Of a stretch of DNA of 64,000 nucleotides, positions 39,201-51,472 are shown piece after piece. How positions within the stretch are numbered: position 1 is the stretch's first letter; the number at the start of each line of letters is the position of its first letter. A model generated the notes under the pieces. That model ran no database searches. It saw only the letters and a program-made list of their open reading frames with translations, and had not been told where the DNA came from. A program made the position numbers and the translations under genes. The DNA is from Octopus sinensis (taxonomy: Eukaryota), in contig NC_043001.1 in the NCBI RefSeq assembly GCF_006345805.1, positions 31,062,001 through 31,126,000 of the forward strand, written 5' to 3'.

Positions 39201-39680
39201 ACACACCCCACACACACACACACACACACACACCACACACACACACACACAACACACACATAATAAGGGTGAAAAATTGAATATTAATTTGATTAATATG
39301 ATTGAAACCAGTGGTGTAGCATATAAGACCATAGCGGATCTTCCTCTAGCAAAAAGGATGACCAGTATTAATGGCTCATCCCTGTTATATAATACTTTCA
39401 CTTTAATAGTTTCACACTTGCAAGGAGAAAGTCGGAGAAAGTGTGGTAATGGAGAGAGTGAAGCACTTGAAATGAGAGAGGGAAATCGTACAATATTGAG
39501 TTTTCTCGAATTTTTGCTTAACTGGGGTCCAAATTGAAAAAAACTTTACATGCCATGACCCAATCGAATGTACTTGGAAAAATCATAGGTAAATTCCAAT
39601 TGAAGAAATTCTATATTGTAGAATTGTATTAAAAAGAAACATGGGAACAGGCAGAGAAAATCTGCCTTTATCATAAGAGA
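36233..39680 (-). mobile_element. Internally deleted Helitron with PIF1-type helicase remnant
   Basis: Helicase at about 37100-38470: FFLDAPGVTGKTF, SSGIAATLL..RTAHSTFKLPL, LKLKVGAPIMLIRNL..CNGTRL, INKAQGQTL. 3' hairpin cccgagcatcgcggg then CTAG|T at 36233. Candidate 5' A|TC at 39680 is less certain. Confidence 0.8.
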
Positions 39681-39684
39681 TAAG

Positions 39685-39724
<40 letters not shown>

Positions 39725-40456
39725 CAGTTTAGCTAGGTGTAAAATACACCCAAGGGATATTAAATATCCAAAGAATTTACTGGTTTATATTACCTATATC
39801 AATAACAATGATATAGGTAATAATGTTTGTATAAAATATTTAAACTGAATTGAATTTATAATTGTTCAATTTAATGTTTCTTTTACCAATTCTGATATAT
39901 ATATTGTACATACATTTTCAGCTTATCGTACTTCGATACTAAAAAATACACAATCTTTCGTCTCAGGAAACCACTATTGTCCCTTTGGGTCCTCGTGCTA
40001 TCCGTCCACAATATAAATCACACTCGCATATCATAACAACAATACGGCACAATTGTTTCACTTCAAATAACGGCGCTCTCTTTAAGATTACACCAAAATA
40101 AAGTGCAAGATGTCTTTGGATAAACTTCTTCAAGAAATCCCGGATAAACCTCCTACACCCGGGTATGTCTCCGTTAACAACAACTCTTTATTTGTGTGGG
40201 CCATGGTGTCCGGATCCTGATGTGAATGACTTCGCTAGGTGCTGCTATTAAGTTAGACATAGTCTGGGCCAATTCTGGCCGAAACCTATCATGAAAGGAA
40301 ATTCGCTTTAACAAGTCTCTTCTGCGCTAGACGATAGGTGGCTTTTGAGCTAAATATATAGCTTTCCTGAATGGAAAGATCTGCAAATAGATCTTTGACT
40401 TGTTTTGGAGAATTTGTTGCAATTGCTTCCTCCTGAGTCATATCCCAAAGATGATC

Positions 40457-40860
40457 ATATTCGTCGCAAAAAATCATGTAAAAAAAAAATCGACGAAAAC
40501 TATCGCAGTAATGAAAACATAGGAATCCAAAATTTTAGAATTGCATGTCCGGATTCGGCCCGGAATATTTTTAATTTACTCACGGAGTTAGCCTTTAGAT
40601 TATAAAAATTGTTATCATACAAAAAATTTGTCGCAAAAAGTCACGTAAAAAAATCGCCGAAAACAATCACAGTAATGAAAATTTGGGAGTCCAAAATTTC
40701 AGGATTGTGGGTCCGGATTCAGCCCAGAATGTTCTTAATTTACTCACGGAGTCAGCCTGATTCCAAAATGGTATGATATGTTGGGTTACGGCTTCTAGGA
40801 GTAAAGTTGAAAAAGTGTGACACGCTGACACACAGACCTTCACATTTATTATATTATCAT
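40457..40860 (-). mobile_element. Two diverged direct repeats (period ~165 bp) next to a possible Helitron-like 5' end
   Basis: gtcgcaaaaa..aatttactcacggagtYagcct at 40463 and 40630; the minus strand begins ataatataataaatgtgaaggtctgtgtg. Confidence 0.4.
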
Positions 40861-40867
40861 ATTATAT

Positions 40868-41085
40868 TAAGGCGGCGAGCTGGCAGAATCGTTAGCACGC
40901 CGGGCGAAATGCTTAGCAGTATTATATGTCGTTAGGCTTTGAGCTCGAATTCCGCTGAAGTTGACTTTGCCTTTCATCTTTTTGAGGTCGATAAAATTAG
41001 TACCAGTTACGTAATGGAGTCGATGTAATCGACTTAATCCCTTCCCCAAAAAATTTGAGGCCTTGCACTTCTAGTAGAAAGGATT
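40868..41085 (+). mobile_element. SINE family A
   Basis: Head and core recognisable. Confidence 0.85.
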
Positions 41086-41684
41086 TATTAAAATTGAGAA
41101 AGTGTGACATACTGACATTCACAATGTTTAATTTGGGGGAAACATTATTTCAATTAAAGTGTATTTATTATATATATGTGTGTGTGTGTGTATTAAAGAA
41201 AGCAAAAAATAAACCAAAAATGATAGTGTTCAGTATGTTGGCGATAGGAATTTCTGTCAAAGAGACATGGTTAAACAAAGTTGTACATCATCTCCCTCTT
41301 TCTCTCGCATACCCACTCTTTCTCTCTCTCTTTTATTTTTATTCCCACTACCACCCTGCTACTTTTAGTAAAAACATCATTAGCTCTCTCTAAATTTATT
41401 TGTCTTTCTTTCTTTCCCTCACTTTCTCTCTCTCTCCCCTCTCTCTCTCTCCCCTCTATGTCTATCTGTCTAGCTGTATTCACCAGCGCCATCACCGTCT
41501 CTATACCTGCTATTATTCTCACCCCATCATGAGGAATAGTAGGAGTGTCATTGAATAGGGGGGGTTGAGGGTTTAAATGTGGACACACGACACACAGAAA
41601 TTAGTTTTTGCATTTATTATGTTATATATTAATATACACAAAGGCACCACACACACACATGCATTTTTATATCCCCACCATCTA

Positions 41685-41784
41685 NNNNNNNNNNNNNNNN
41701 NNNNNNNNNNNNNNNNNNNNNNNNNNNNNNNNNNNNNNNNNNNNNNNNNNNNNNNNNNNNNNNNNNNNNNNNNNNNNNNNNNNN
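41685..41784. other. Assembly gap (100 N)
   Basis: Run of exactly 100 n; the true size is unknown. Confidence 1.
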
Positions 41785-42099
41785 AAAAACACCAGTCAAG
41801 CAATGGGTCGATGTAATCGACTTGCCCTTCCTCCAAAATCGCTGGCCTTGTGCCAAAAATTGAAACCAATATTTAAGTCGGAGTCAAAGATTAAAATAAC
41901 TGTACAAGATGCATTTATTGCCGATTGGCATGCAGTTTCCCGTCGCAAAATACGACGGTAAACTGAAAGCAAATCGTCTAAAAAATTGAAGTACATTGCA
42001 ATAGAAATCAAACTTTCATGAAACACCTTTGATATGCGATGGGTTGGCTTCCTATGCATGTCTCGGGAACATCTATACTTATAAGCTCTCAACCATTCA

Positions 42100-42640
42100 C
42101 CAAATTTTGTTGATCTGCACCAAAGTCGAGATATATCACATCCACACTTATGTCATTTAACAGCTGTTTTAACACCCAGTCGTAGTGTTGCAATAGCTGT
42201 GTTAGGCAGCTTCTACCTGGTCGAAATCCATGTTGCGTGTCAGACAAGAAGTCATTTTCTTCAGGGAACGCAATTAATTTCTTGCGGATTATTCGTTCCA
42301 TGTGTGAGGTCAGAGAGATAGGCATATAATTTTAGCATCTGCTCCGTTTCTTCCCTTATGGATAAGGCATATTATTCCTTCCTTCAGTTTGTCTGGGAGC
42401 CTACCACTTGCAAGAAAACCCTGAATAGGAGTTGCAATCGTTCTGCAAGGGCTCGTTTGCACGATTTGTGAAATACTGCTGGGAATTCATCAGGACCAGC
42501 AGCTGAGTTTGTGTCAACCTCATCTATGATTACATCTTCAGTATTTCACTTATCCTCATTGGGTTTCCTGTGAGGGAGCCATCTTTTTGGTAGAGGGGTT
42601 CTCTCTTGTGGCGTACTGAAGCTGTTTCCTTGGCAAAGTT
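42100..42640 (-). mobile_element. CR1/L2-like LINE RT fragment
   Basis: PISLTSH..QHGFRPGRSCLTQLL..DVIYLDF. Confidence 0.85.
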
Positions 42641-43442
42641 ATATATATAATCAAAATAAACAATAATGATATTCAGTGGTAATGCAGTACGATCGTTTCA
42701 TGCAATTCCATTTAATTGAACAATGCAATCATTACATCAATTTAAAATGTAGAGCAATCTTCAGCTGCACAAAGACATAGAATTTAATTAAATTAAATTA
42801 GAACAGATGGACACATTAGTTTAATTATATCTAAAATCTCCAAGACGTTAAGGAGATAGGCAAAGAACATGTTGTCTCTCCTTCAGCATAGAAGTTACTA
42901 AAATTATCAAGAAGGCTCTGCTTGTCACTGATTTTTTGTCTTTATGGGGTCAGTTTTAATTTATAGACTAGTTTATCAAATCCCTGGTATATCTAAGGTT
43001 GAGAAAATAGAGGACAGTATCTGTTAGAGGTAGGGCTGAGGGAGTAGATAGACATTCTAGATGGTATAGTCATAAAAAATAAAGATGTATTATAAGCAAT
43101 ATCATGAGGTTTAGTAAGGGAAACCTTAAAACAAGATGCTAGCTGATAATTAAGGGGGTCACCCACTAGAAGACTATTGATAATGAAACAGAGGTAGTCT
43201 TATGATGTGGTACTATAGTTAAAATACCTTAAACAATGTAGCTATATTGTATACAGTTAAAGTTTAAGTTATTCAAACGATCTTACTGTATTACCTCTGG
43301 ATATCCTTGTTGCTTATTTTGATTTTAATCACCTTACTTTGAAATTGTATGGATAATACCATACCAAATTCTAGTGCCTCAAACTAAGTACCATATTCAT
43401 CTGATCTAATTTTTTGCTGAACTCATCTACCATACCCAAGAT

Positions 43443-43486
<44 letters not shown>

Positions 43487-43567
43487 TATATATATATATA
43501 TATATATCAAAAGCTACACCACTAACTGGCATATACAGGTGCTTACAGTTATCAAGTATTCACCCTG

Positions 43568-43632
<65 letters not shown>

Positions 43633-44487
43633 AGTATGCGTATGAATACAGAGAGAAGAGGAGAAAGAGAGAGATAGAAGAACGTAATAGTGAATTCAAT
43701 AATTCAATCAGGAGGTGGAGGAGGAGGAGCACAATGATGACAGAAGGCAGGGTGGAGCTCGGGACGTAAAAAAAAAGAACTGTTAACAATTCTACTCAAA
43801 ATTACAGTGCAGTTATTTAGTTACATAACTGCACTGTGAAATTGCACTGAAAAACACCAAAAATATTTTTGCTATTCAATAATCAATACCAGCACAGTAC
43901 GTTATTTTCAGTTCTCTACAACGTTTTTTTATGATATAGGAATTCAATCAAATCTGTCAATACTCTCTCATTACCAAGTAAAGCTTTCTCCCTTATCTCT
44001 GTAACTTTTTGGTTTTGGTGCCGATCGTCTGTTTTAACCTTCTCCTTTGTCGTCCTCTGATTCATCTGCTGTTACTCTGGACCTAATTTGTCAGCTTTCT
44101 CGGCTATTCATTGTTACCCGTCTTCTATAGATGTTCCACCTTAACTTAATTTTAACAAGTGTGTGCGTTTTCTCCTTTGGCTTACTTCTGTCGATCTTTT
44201 GTTATGTTTTTAGCAAAAGAACGAAAGCTATTATTTTTTTCTACATAAAATAGGAAGACTTTCAAGATACATGAAATACGTACCGTAAATCCTCGAGTAT
44301 AGTCCGCCCTTGAGTATAATACGCAGGGGATTTTTAGAGGGATGTACCGCTGAAAAACTTAAACCTTGTGTATAATACGCACCCCTTCTCTAACTTGAGT
44401 CAAGGGGTTCTAATAACAAACACACACACACACACACAAATACATACATACATACACATATATACATATATATATTAAATATATATA

Positions 44488-44521
<34 letters not shown>

Positions 44522-44727
44522 CGACGGGCTTCTTTCAGTTTCCGTCTACTAAATCCACTCACAAGGCTTTGGTCGGCCCAAGGCGTCACGCAGAGTAACT
44601 GAACCCGGAACCATGTGGTTGTGAAGCAAGTTTCTTATCACACAGCCACGCCTGCGCCTTTTAAGAAAATCTTTCTTCAAATACTGTGGCTGCATCAAGT
44701 ATTTTTTCCAGAAACTTTTCAACACAC

Positions 44728-44788
<61 letters not shown>

Positions 44789-45296
44789 GGCGGAATTCTG
44801 GTTTAAACACCCCATATAACTCCTCATAACGTTTTTCTTACTTTGGGGAATTTTTAGAAAGTTTTTGCGAATTTGTGTAATTCCCACGATTATGGAAAAA
44901 AAAAAATTTTTCTCTTAAATTTTTAAAATCCCTCTCGCCCTGATAACAGTTTCATTCTTTTTCGATTTTTAAAAAAATCTGAGTTAAAAATACAGACAGT
45001 CTGAATTTTTGCTTAAATCCACCCAGGGTGCATCATCATTCCATTAAATGTGTTGATGGGGAGTAAAATATAGAAAAACATCAATACATGTCAAATTGAC
45101 AAAGAAAAGATGAAGGTTTGAGGTGGTCGAGAGATGTGCTAAAGTCGCACTTAAATCATACATCAAAGCTTATTTTTTCATAACTGTATGAACTACCATG
45201 TGTAGAGCACAAAGACGCAAAACTTTTATGGGAATTCCCAAAAATAATTAAAAAATTATCAGAGGTTATATGGGGTGTTTAAAGTAGAATTCTGCA
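44789..45296. mobile_element. MITE with 30-45 bp TIRs
   Basis: gcggaattctggtttaaacaccccatataac versus gcagaattctactttaaacaccccatataac (reverse complement of the right end); superfamily unclear. Confidence 0.75.
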
Positions 45297-45466
45297 TGTA
45301 TGTATGTGTATATATATATATATATATTAATTAAATATATATCATATGTATATATATATATCAATCAAATATATATCATTAAATTGTATAATATACATAC
45401 ATATATATATAACACACACATATACACGTATGTATAATATGGACACGCTCACACATATATAAATGC

Positions 45467-45506
<40 letters not shown>

Positions 45507-46049
45507 TTAAATATATATCATATGTATGTATATATAAATTAAATACATATCATTGAATTGATATATATATATATACATACATACACACATACACGTATGT
45601 ATATATATTAATACACACACACACACACATATATATATACATATGTATATATATATATTATACATACATACATACATACACATACACACATACATATATA
45701 ACATGTTCTCGTATAATCACACACATACCATATGTGTCTGATAGTACCAGCGCATATGTTGCACGTCTCTTTAGACGTTTACGTACTAAAAGGCAAGAAT
45801 TTCTTCAACACTTATTATTTGGCACCAAATGATGTAATTCGTACAATAATAATATGAAGTAAGTGACATATATTTGCTAGCAATAGTGATGATGACTTAG
45901 CAAAAGATACATTATCGATTTCCAGTATTTCTACCATTCATCCCGCAGTCTTCATACTGTGGAAAGATATCTGTTTCAATCAAACTTACTGAACTCTCTC
46001 CTGCTGCTATTTTACATAATCTACGTACACATATATGCGACTCTGACTG

Positions 46050-46713
46050 TAAGCTCTTTAGACATGGGTGTGCGCCTTCACCGGTTTGTGTAAGATGCGA
46101 GCAGCAAAGTGAAACTATCCTGCACGTGATTGTGCAATGTCCCCAAAGTGACTGAGCTCTGGGCTTATGTCGAACACCTGCTGTCGCATTCGAGAAGAGT
46201 ACAACTGTCGAGCGAATCTGTAATTAAGATCGTTCCGCCGACCTCCCTGAATAGGGAGGAGCGAACCTGTTTTCTCTCGGTAGTTGCTGTGGTGAAAGAA
46301 GTAGTATGGAAGACGAGAGTGAAAGGAATTGCAACAGGCATGTTCATATCCAGTCTCGAGCTAATCGACTTTTTAGTTTTCCACATGAAACGGAAAATAA
46401 GGCTGGACAAGAAAAGCCTGTCACAAAGTGTGTTTCGTAAAAGATGGAAGTCTATAGCAAGTATGTTGCGAGTGAAAGAACCTGTTAAAACGAGAATATA
46501 AAAAGGAGAAAGCAAAGTCTTCAGTGTGAGTATGTGGTTTTGAGGGTCGACCGCTTCATTTTTTGTAAATCACTCATTCTCATTTAATTGTATATATTTT
46601 AATTGTTTGTTTATTCATACGTTTCGTCTCATTCGATACCCTGACCCCAATGTTTGTTTTGTCTGTCCTCGTATCGTTCCCTCTTTTTCTCAACCTCATG
46701 GTTAATAAAGAAA
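46050..46713 (+). mobile_element. Tx1/L1-like LINE 3' fragment
   Basis: KLFRHG..CVRCEQQSETILHVIVQCP (CCHC), LWAYVEHLL, FRKRW; 3'UTR ends aataaagaaa. Confidence 0.8.
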
Positions 46714-46950
46714 TTAACTGTATATGAGTATCTTGTTACTTGCTTTTGAAGGGTGGATCCCTCAAGAAGCTTCTAAGTTATTTGATTGACCGCAGAGAGA
46801 GAGAGAGAGAGAGGAGAGGTGAGAGAGAGAGAGGTGAGAGAGAGAGTGAGAGAGGGGTGAGAGAGAGGGAAAGTGTGTGTGTGTATGTGTAAGAGAGAGA
46901 GAGAGAGAGACAGACAGATAGACAGAGACAGAGAGAGTGAGAGAAAAATA

Positions 46951-47940
46951 AGGATAGATCCGTTATCAGCCAAGCCCATCGTGAAGATCGCCTCGTCGCC
47001 TTCTTTTGCACGGGAAGGGAAGGCAGTTTTCCTCTCTGTGCTGGCTATGGCGAAGATGGTAGTGTGATGGGCGTGGCTGAAAAGACTGAAGACAGATACC
47101 TTCCTCTTCAGCCAAGCCCTCATCGACTTTTTCAAATTCCACTTGAAAAGGAAAGTGAGAGTATTTTTGTTGAAAGATGGGTGAGTGTTGTGAGGATGGC
47201 CCGCGTGAATAAACCTACTCTGAATGTAATTTTGCGAACCGGAGTTGAGGAGAGAGGCACCTGCTGAGGTACCCTTGGTAGTCGGGGTAACCAGGGGTTC
47301 ATTGATTGTCCCTGGGTGAAACTCCTCTTTATTTACATCATTTATATTCGACGGATATTTGTCCTCATCTTGTTTATTGTCAACACAACGTTTCGGTTGA
47401 TATGCCCTCCAGCCTTCTTCAGGTGTCTTGGGGAAATTTCGAACCTGGGTTCTCATTCCTAAGGTATTTTTCGATGTTATTTATTATTATTATTGTTGTT
47501 GTTGTTGTTGTTGTTCAGGTCACTGCTTGGAATCGAACTCGGAATCTTGGGGTTAGTAGCCCGCGCTCTTAACCACTTCGCCATATACCCGTGAATAATA
47601 ATAATAACATCGAAAAATACCTTAAGAATGAGAACCCAGGTTCGAAATTTTCCCATAACACCTGAAGTAGGCTGGAGAGTATACCAGCCGAAACGTTGTG
47701 TTAACAAGAAACAAGATGAGGACAAATATCCGTCGAATGTAAATAATGTAAATAATGTACATAATTCCTCATCCCTTAAATACAGAACTGTAAACTCCTC
47801 TTTTTTGGGGAATTTTATTGTTGGATTTTTGTTGTTAATTGTTCTTGTTTCAATTTTATGCGTACATAAAGTTTTGTGGTAAGCCCCATTTGTCCCTTGT
47901 GCTGTATTGACCCTTATTGTTTTTGTGTCAATAAAGAAAA
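46951..47940 (+). mobile_element. Tx1/L1-like LINE 3' fragment whose 3'UTR hosts the 47331-47791 insertion
   Basis: IVKIASSPSFAREGKAVFLSVLAMAK..DFFKFHLKRKVR; the UTR appears to resume after 47803 and ends aataaagaaaa at 47930-47940. Confidence 0.7.
47331..47791. mobile_element. Composite SINE (tRNA head + (AAC/AAT)n + HHR tail) with inverted second tail and 12-bp TSD
   Basis: Minus-strand head with box A (47573-47583) and box B (47529-47540); HHRs at 47382-47427 (-) and 47657-47702 (+); AAACTCCTCTTT at 47319-47330 and 47792-47803. Confidence 0.85.
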
Positions 47941-48365
47941 CATTATTTTTTGTTAAAAAATTCACAGCTTATTTTGCTGGGTATGATGGAAAGTGTCAGC
48001 TGTCCACAGCCAGCAGACTAAGGTGACACTTGTTTACTGGTCATGCTTCAAGAACCCTGCGAAGAATTCTTGCAGTTCCAAGCAATGCTGATTTTCGTAG
48101 GTATTCTACCTTCACACTTGCACCGATCTTTTTCAGCCATGTTGGTAGTTGAGTGCTGATACTTCCAAGTGCACCAATTACTATTGGTATCACGTCTACT
48201 ATCTTCATTGGCCACAACCTTCGTATTTCCCACTTTAAATTGTCATAGTTGTTTATTTTTTCTTCTTTCACATTGATTCTGTTGTCACCGGGACATGCTA
48301 TGTCGATTACCATACATGTTCTTTCTTTTTTATTCACCACATCAATGTCTGGTTTCCTATGTCTG
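47941..48365 (-). mobile_element. R4-like LINE 3' fragment (RLE domain)
   Basis: RKPDIDVVNKKERTCMVIDIACP..EEKINNYDNL..VIPIVIGALG..ALLGTARILRRVL*. Confidence 0.85.
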
Positions 48366-48490
48366 GTCAGGTAATCGTACTGGATCATTACATCCTACAG
48401 GATTTTGCAAACTGCCTTCCTGGCAAAAAAAAAAAAAAAAAAAAAACGCAGCGGGGCGATCTTCACGATGGACTTGGCGGATAACTGGAT

Positions 48491-48950
48491 TTATCATTAT
48501 TATTATTGTTATTACTATTATTATTATTGTTATTATTATTACTGTTAATATTATTATCATTATTATTATTGTTATTATTATCATTATTATTGTTATTACT
48601 ATTATTATTGTTATTACTACTATTATTATTATTGTCATTACTATTATTATTATTGTTATTACTATCATTATTATTGTTATTACTATTACTATTATTACTA
48701 TTATTATTACTACTATTATTATTATTATTACTACTATTATTATTACTACTATTATTATTATTATTACTACTATTATTACTACTATTATTATTACTACTAC
48801 TATTATTATTACTACTATTATTATTATTACTACTATTATTATTATTACTACTATTATTATTATTACTACTACTATTATTATTACTACTACTATTATTATT
48901 ATTACTACTACTATTATTATTATTACTACTACTATTATTATTACTACTAC

Positions 48951-48984
<34 letters not shown>

Positions 48985-48985
48985 T
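48491..48985. repeat. Long (ATT/ACT)n triplet tract between oppositely oriented Tx1-like fragments (48370-48490 minus, 49008-49260 plus)
   Basis: About 165 triplets; the flanks match the gatccagttatc..gtgaagatc segment of the Tx1-like family. Confidence 0.9.
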
Positions 48986-49577
48986 GTTGTTGTTGTTGGT
49001 GGTGGTGTTTTCGCGTGAATGGCAGATCCAGATATCGGTTGGGTCTACCGTGAAGATCATCACACCTTCATTTCACAAGGCTAGGCAGGTAATGTTCTTC
49101 CGTCAAGTGGTTATGGCGACTGAAGTCGTGCAGTGGCTGAGGTTGAAATGATTTTCTCGTCGACTTTTCGTGAAGAGACAGGGTGGAGAAGGAAGTCTCT
49201 TCTTCTCTAGTCCAAAGATTGGTGACTCTGACGAAAATAATTAAGATGAATGGAATTGCTCTAACAATGTATCTGTGCGCTGGAGCTCAACAGCTGGACG
49301 ATGGTTGAGGAGTTATTGTGGCCAGGGTGGTCATGGATATGTAGGGTTCATTGATTAGTTCTTTTTAAAGGTACCCCTGTATCAGGAGGGCTGACTGACT
49401 CACCAGTTTCTAATAAAGGAAGCAAAGTATCACAGTCAGCTCGGACTTGCCTCCCTTGGTATCTGGTAGCTACTAAGGCGTTCAAAATGCATTTACTAGT
49501 AGTCCATACAGGGCCTGGCTGTGGTGTTTTAATAATTGTTTGTCTTGAACGACAAATTTATACATAACATATGTGTG

Positions 49578-49617
<40 letters not shown>

Positions 49618-49661
49618 TATATATATATAAATATTATATATATATATAAATATATATGTAT

Positions 49662-49882
49662 AATTGCAGCGTGGAAGGTGTTTATAAGCCATTTAGAAAC
49701 ACACAAAAACCGTTAGATTCACCTCAACATTTAATTTAATGTTGAAATTTAAATGTTGAAGTGAATCTAACGATTTTTGTGTGTTTCTTAAATGGCTTAT
49801 AAATACCTTCCACGCTGCAATTGTTTTCGTTCCAGCACACGATCTCAGATCAAGTCACTCGCTATGCAAGTACATCTCCGTA
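49662..49882. mobile_element. Asymmetric fold-back repeat in (TA)n, copy 2
   Basis: Inverted repeat 49662-49822 plus 60 bp unpaired; homologous to 12333-12561. Confidence 0.8.
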
Positions 49883-50340
49883 ATATATATATATATATAT
49901 ATATGTATATATGTGTAGATATATGTATATACACACACGTATACACACACGCATATACATGCTTGTAAAGGTATGTGCGCGCGCGTGCGTGTGCTTCATT
50001 AGTAGGAGGTACATCAATATTTTTCCCCATATTCATAACGTGTTTTTCTGAATAGATTGGTCCATTGTATGTTGCATATAAGCACAAAACCAAGAAACCT
50101 TTTCAATTCTTTCATAGAAATAGAAAAGAATCAAGAAAAACAAAAACAAAGAGAGTACGGAATAAAAAAAAAATCCACAAATCAGAACAAATATCCATTA
50201 ATTAATGAATACAAGCCATACATGTAATATAAACCTCTCCGTAAAGAAGACAATGTTTTAGTCTGTGTATAAAATATTAAACTGATTATTGTCCGTAAAA
50301 TAACTTTTTACTTTTTCATTTCATTCACTCGTTCCCTTCA

Positions 50341-50346
50341 TTTATT
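50341..50346 (-). promoter_or_regulatory. Candidate polyadenylation signal of the DRAM-like gene
   Basis: AATAAA on the minus strand about 330 nt after the stop codon; position only, no transcript evidence. Confidence 0.3.
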
Positions 50347-50673
50347 CAGTAACCATATTTTCTCTTATGTTGGTTAGTTTAACAGTTTTGTACAGTTTTT
50401 CTTTTATGGAGATGCGTTGGATTAACATCGTCCAGCAAATTTACTCGGTAGTTCGCAATTCATGATGAGTAAAACAAAAACAAAAACAGAAAAAAAAAAC
50501 ACGATAATTTCTCCACTTTGAGCAAAACAAAAAGCTACAGTGGTTAATTAACGTTATCCTGCTCAGACGCGATTAATAACAATGATTTCGACTTGGTAGT
50601 TAACAGATGTGTTAGTGTATTTTTTGTACGATGTATCGATTTCCAATATCAATCAAAATAATTTAGCCATTGA

Positions 50674-50934
50674 CTACGCATGAGTGTAATCAACTTCTTT
50701 GATGTTACTGAGACCGTCAATTTTAGTTAAAGCTGTTTGGTTAGATGTGTCCCTGGAAATCTCCAAAGCAACTTCGTCAGAGGTTGCACCGATAGCCTCA
50801 GTGGTGTGGAAAGTTAATTGTGGCGGATCCATTGAGAAAAGTTTAAATTCAGGCAGGAAAGTCAACAAGTAAGCTACATTCAGTATGGCTAACAACCACT
50901 CAGATATAGTTGCAACGAGATGTTCAGCAAATCC
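50674..50934 (-). CDS. DRAM/TMEM150 family protein, terminal coding exon
   Basis: Acceptor tttcag|GGA; 86 codons plus TAG. Encodes GFAEHLVATISEWLLAILNVAYLLTFLPEF, the DRAM H-x-x-x-T-x-x-EW...F-L-T-F-x-x-E/D-F motif, then a hydrophilic tail. The three exons give 172 C-terminal aa. Confidence 0.92.
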   Translation of the reverse strand, partial: GFAEHLVATISEWLLAILNVAYLLTFLPEFKLFSMDPPQLTFHTTEAIGATSDEVALEISRDTSNQTALTKIDGLSNIKEVDYTHA

Positions 50935-51104
50935 CTGAAACAGATAAAAGAGAAAGATTACAGGAATTATGGAATATAAATTTAAACACACACACACACA
51001 CACACTGAGAATTGTTTTTTTTTTTCTTGCAACTCAAGTATCATTCCTCATTGTTCCTTAAAATGATCGCAAAGGTACGATAAACAATAAACTATGAAAA
51101 ACTA

Positions 51105-51203
51105 CATTATTTACATTCGCTCTAAGAGTGAGGGCTACTAACTCCAAGATTCCGAGTTCGATTCCAAGCAGTGACCTGAACAATGATGATAATAATAATA
51201 ATA

Positions 51204-51287
<84 letters not shown>

Positions 51288-51472
51288 TAATAATAATAAC
51301 ATCGAAAAATACCTTAGGAATGTGAACCCAGGTTCGAAATTTCCCCAGACACCTGAAGAAGGCTGGAGGGTATATCAGCCGAAACGTTGTGTTATCAACA
51401 AACAAGATGAGGACAAATATCCGTCGAATGTAAATAATGTACATAATTCCTCATCTCTTAAATATAGAACTG
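51105..51472 (+). mobile_element. Composite tRNA-head/HHR-tail SINE, second copy, 12-bp TSD
   Basis: Box B at 51154-51165, (AAT)n, tail to gaactg; TATGAAAAACTA at 51093-51104 and 51473-51484. Confidence 0.85.
51348..51393 (+). ncRNA. Minimal (dimer-type) hammerhead ribozyme in the SINE tail
   Basis: GACAC-CUGAAGAA-GGCUG..CAGCC-GAAACGUU-GUGUU: 5-bp stem I, 5-6 bp stem II, palindromic ACGU in place of stem III. Confidence 0.72.

Noticed and set aside
41573-41961. ORFs spanning the N run
   Set aside because: Artefacts of the assembly gap.
47519-47595. Possible tRNA gene (anticodon-like ACT)
   Set aside because: The acceptor stem does not pair well and the sequence is fused to the repeat tail in both copies, so it is a SINE head.
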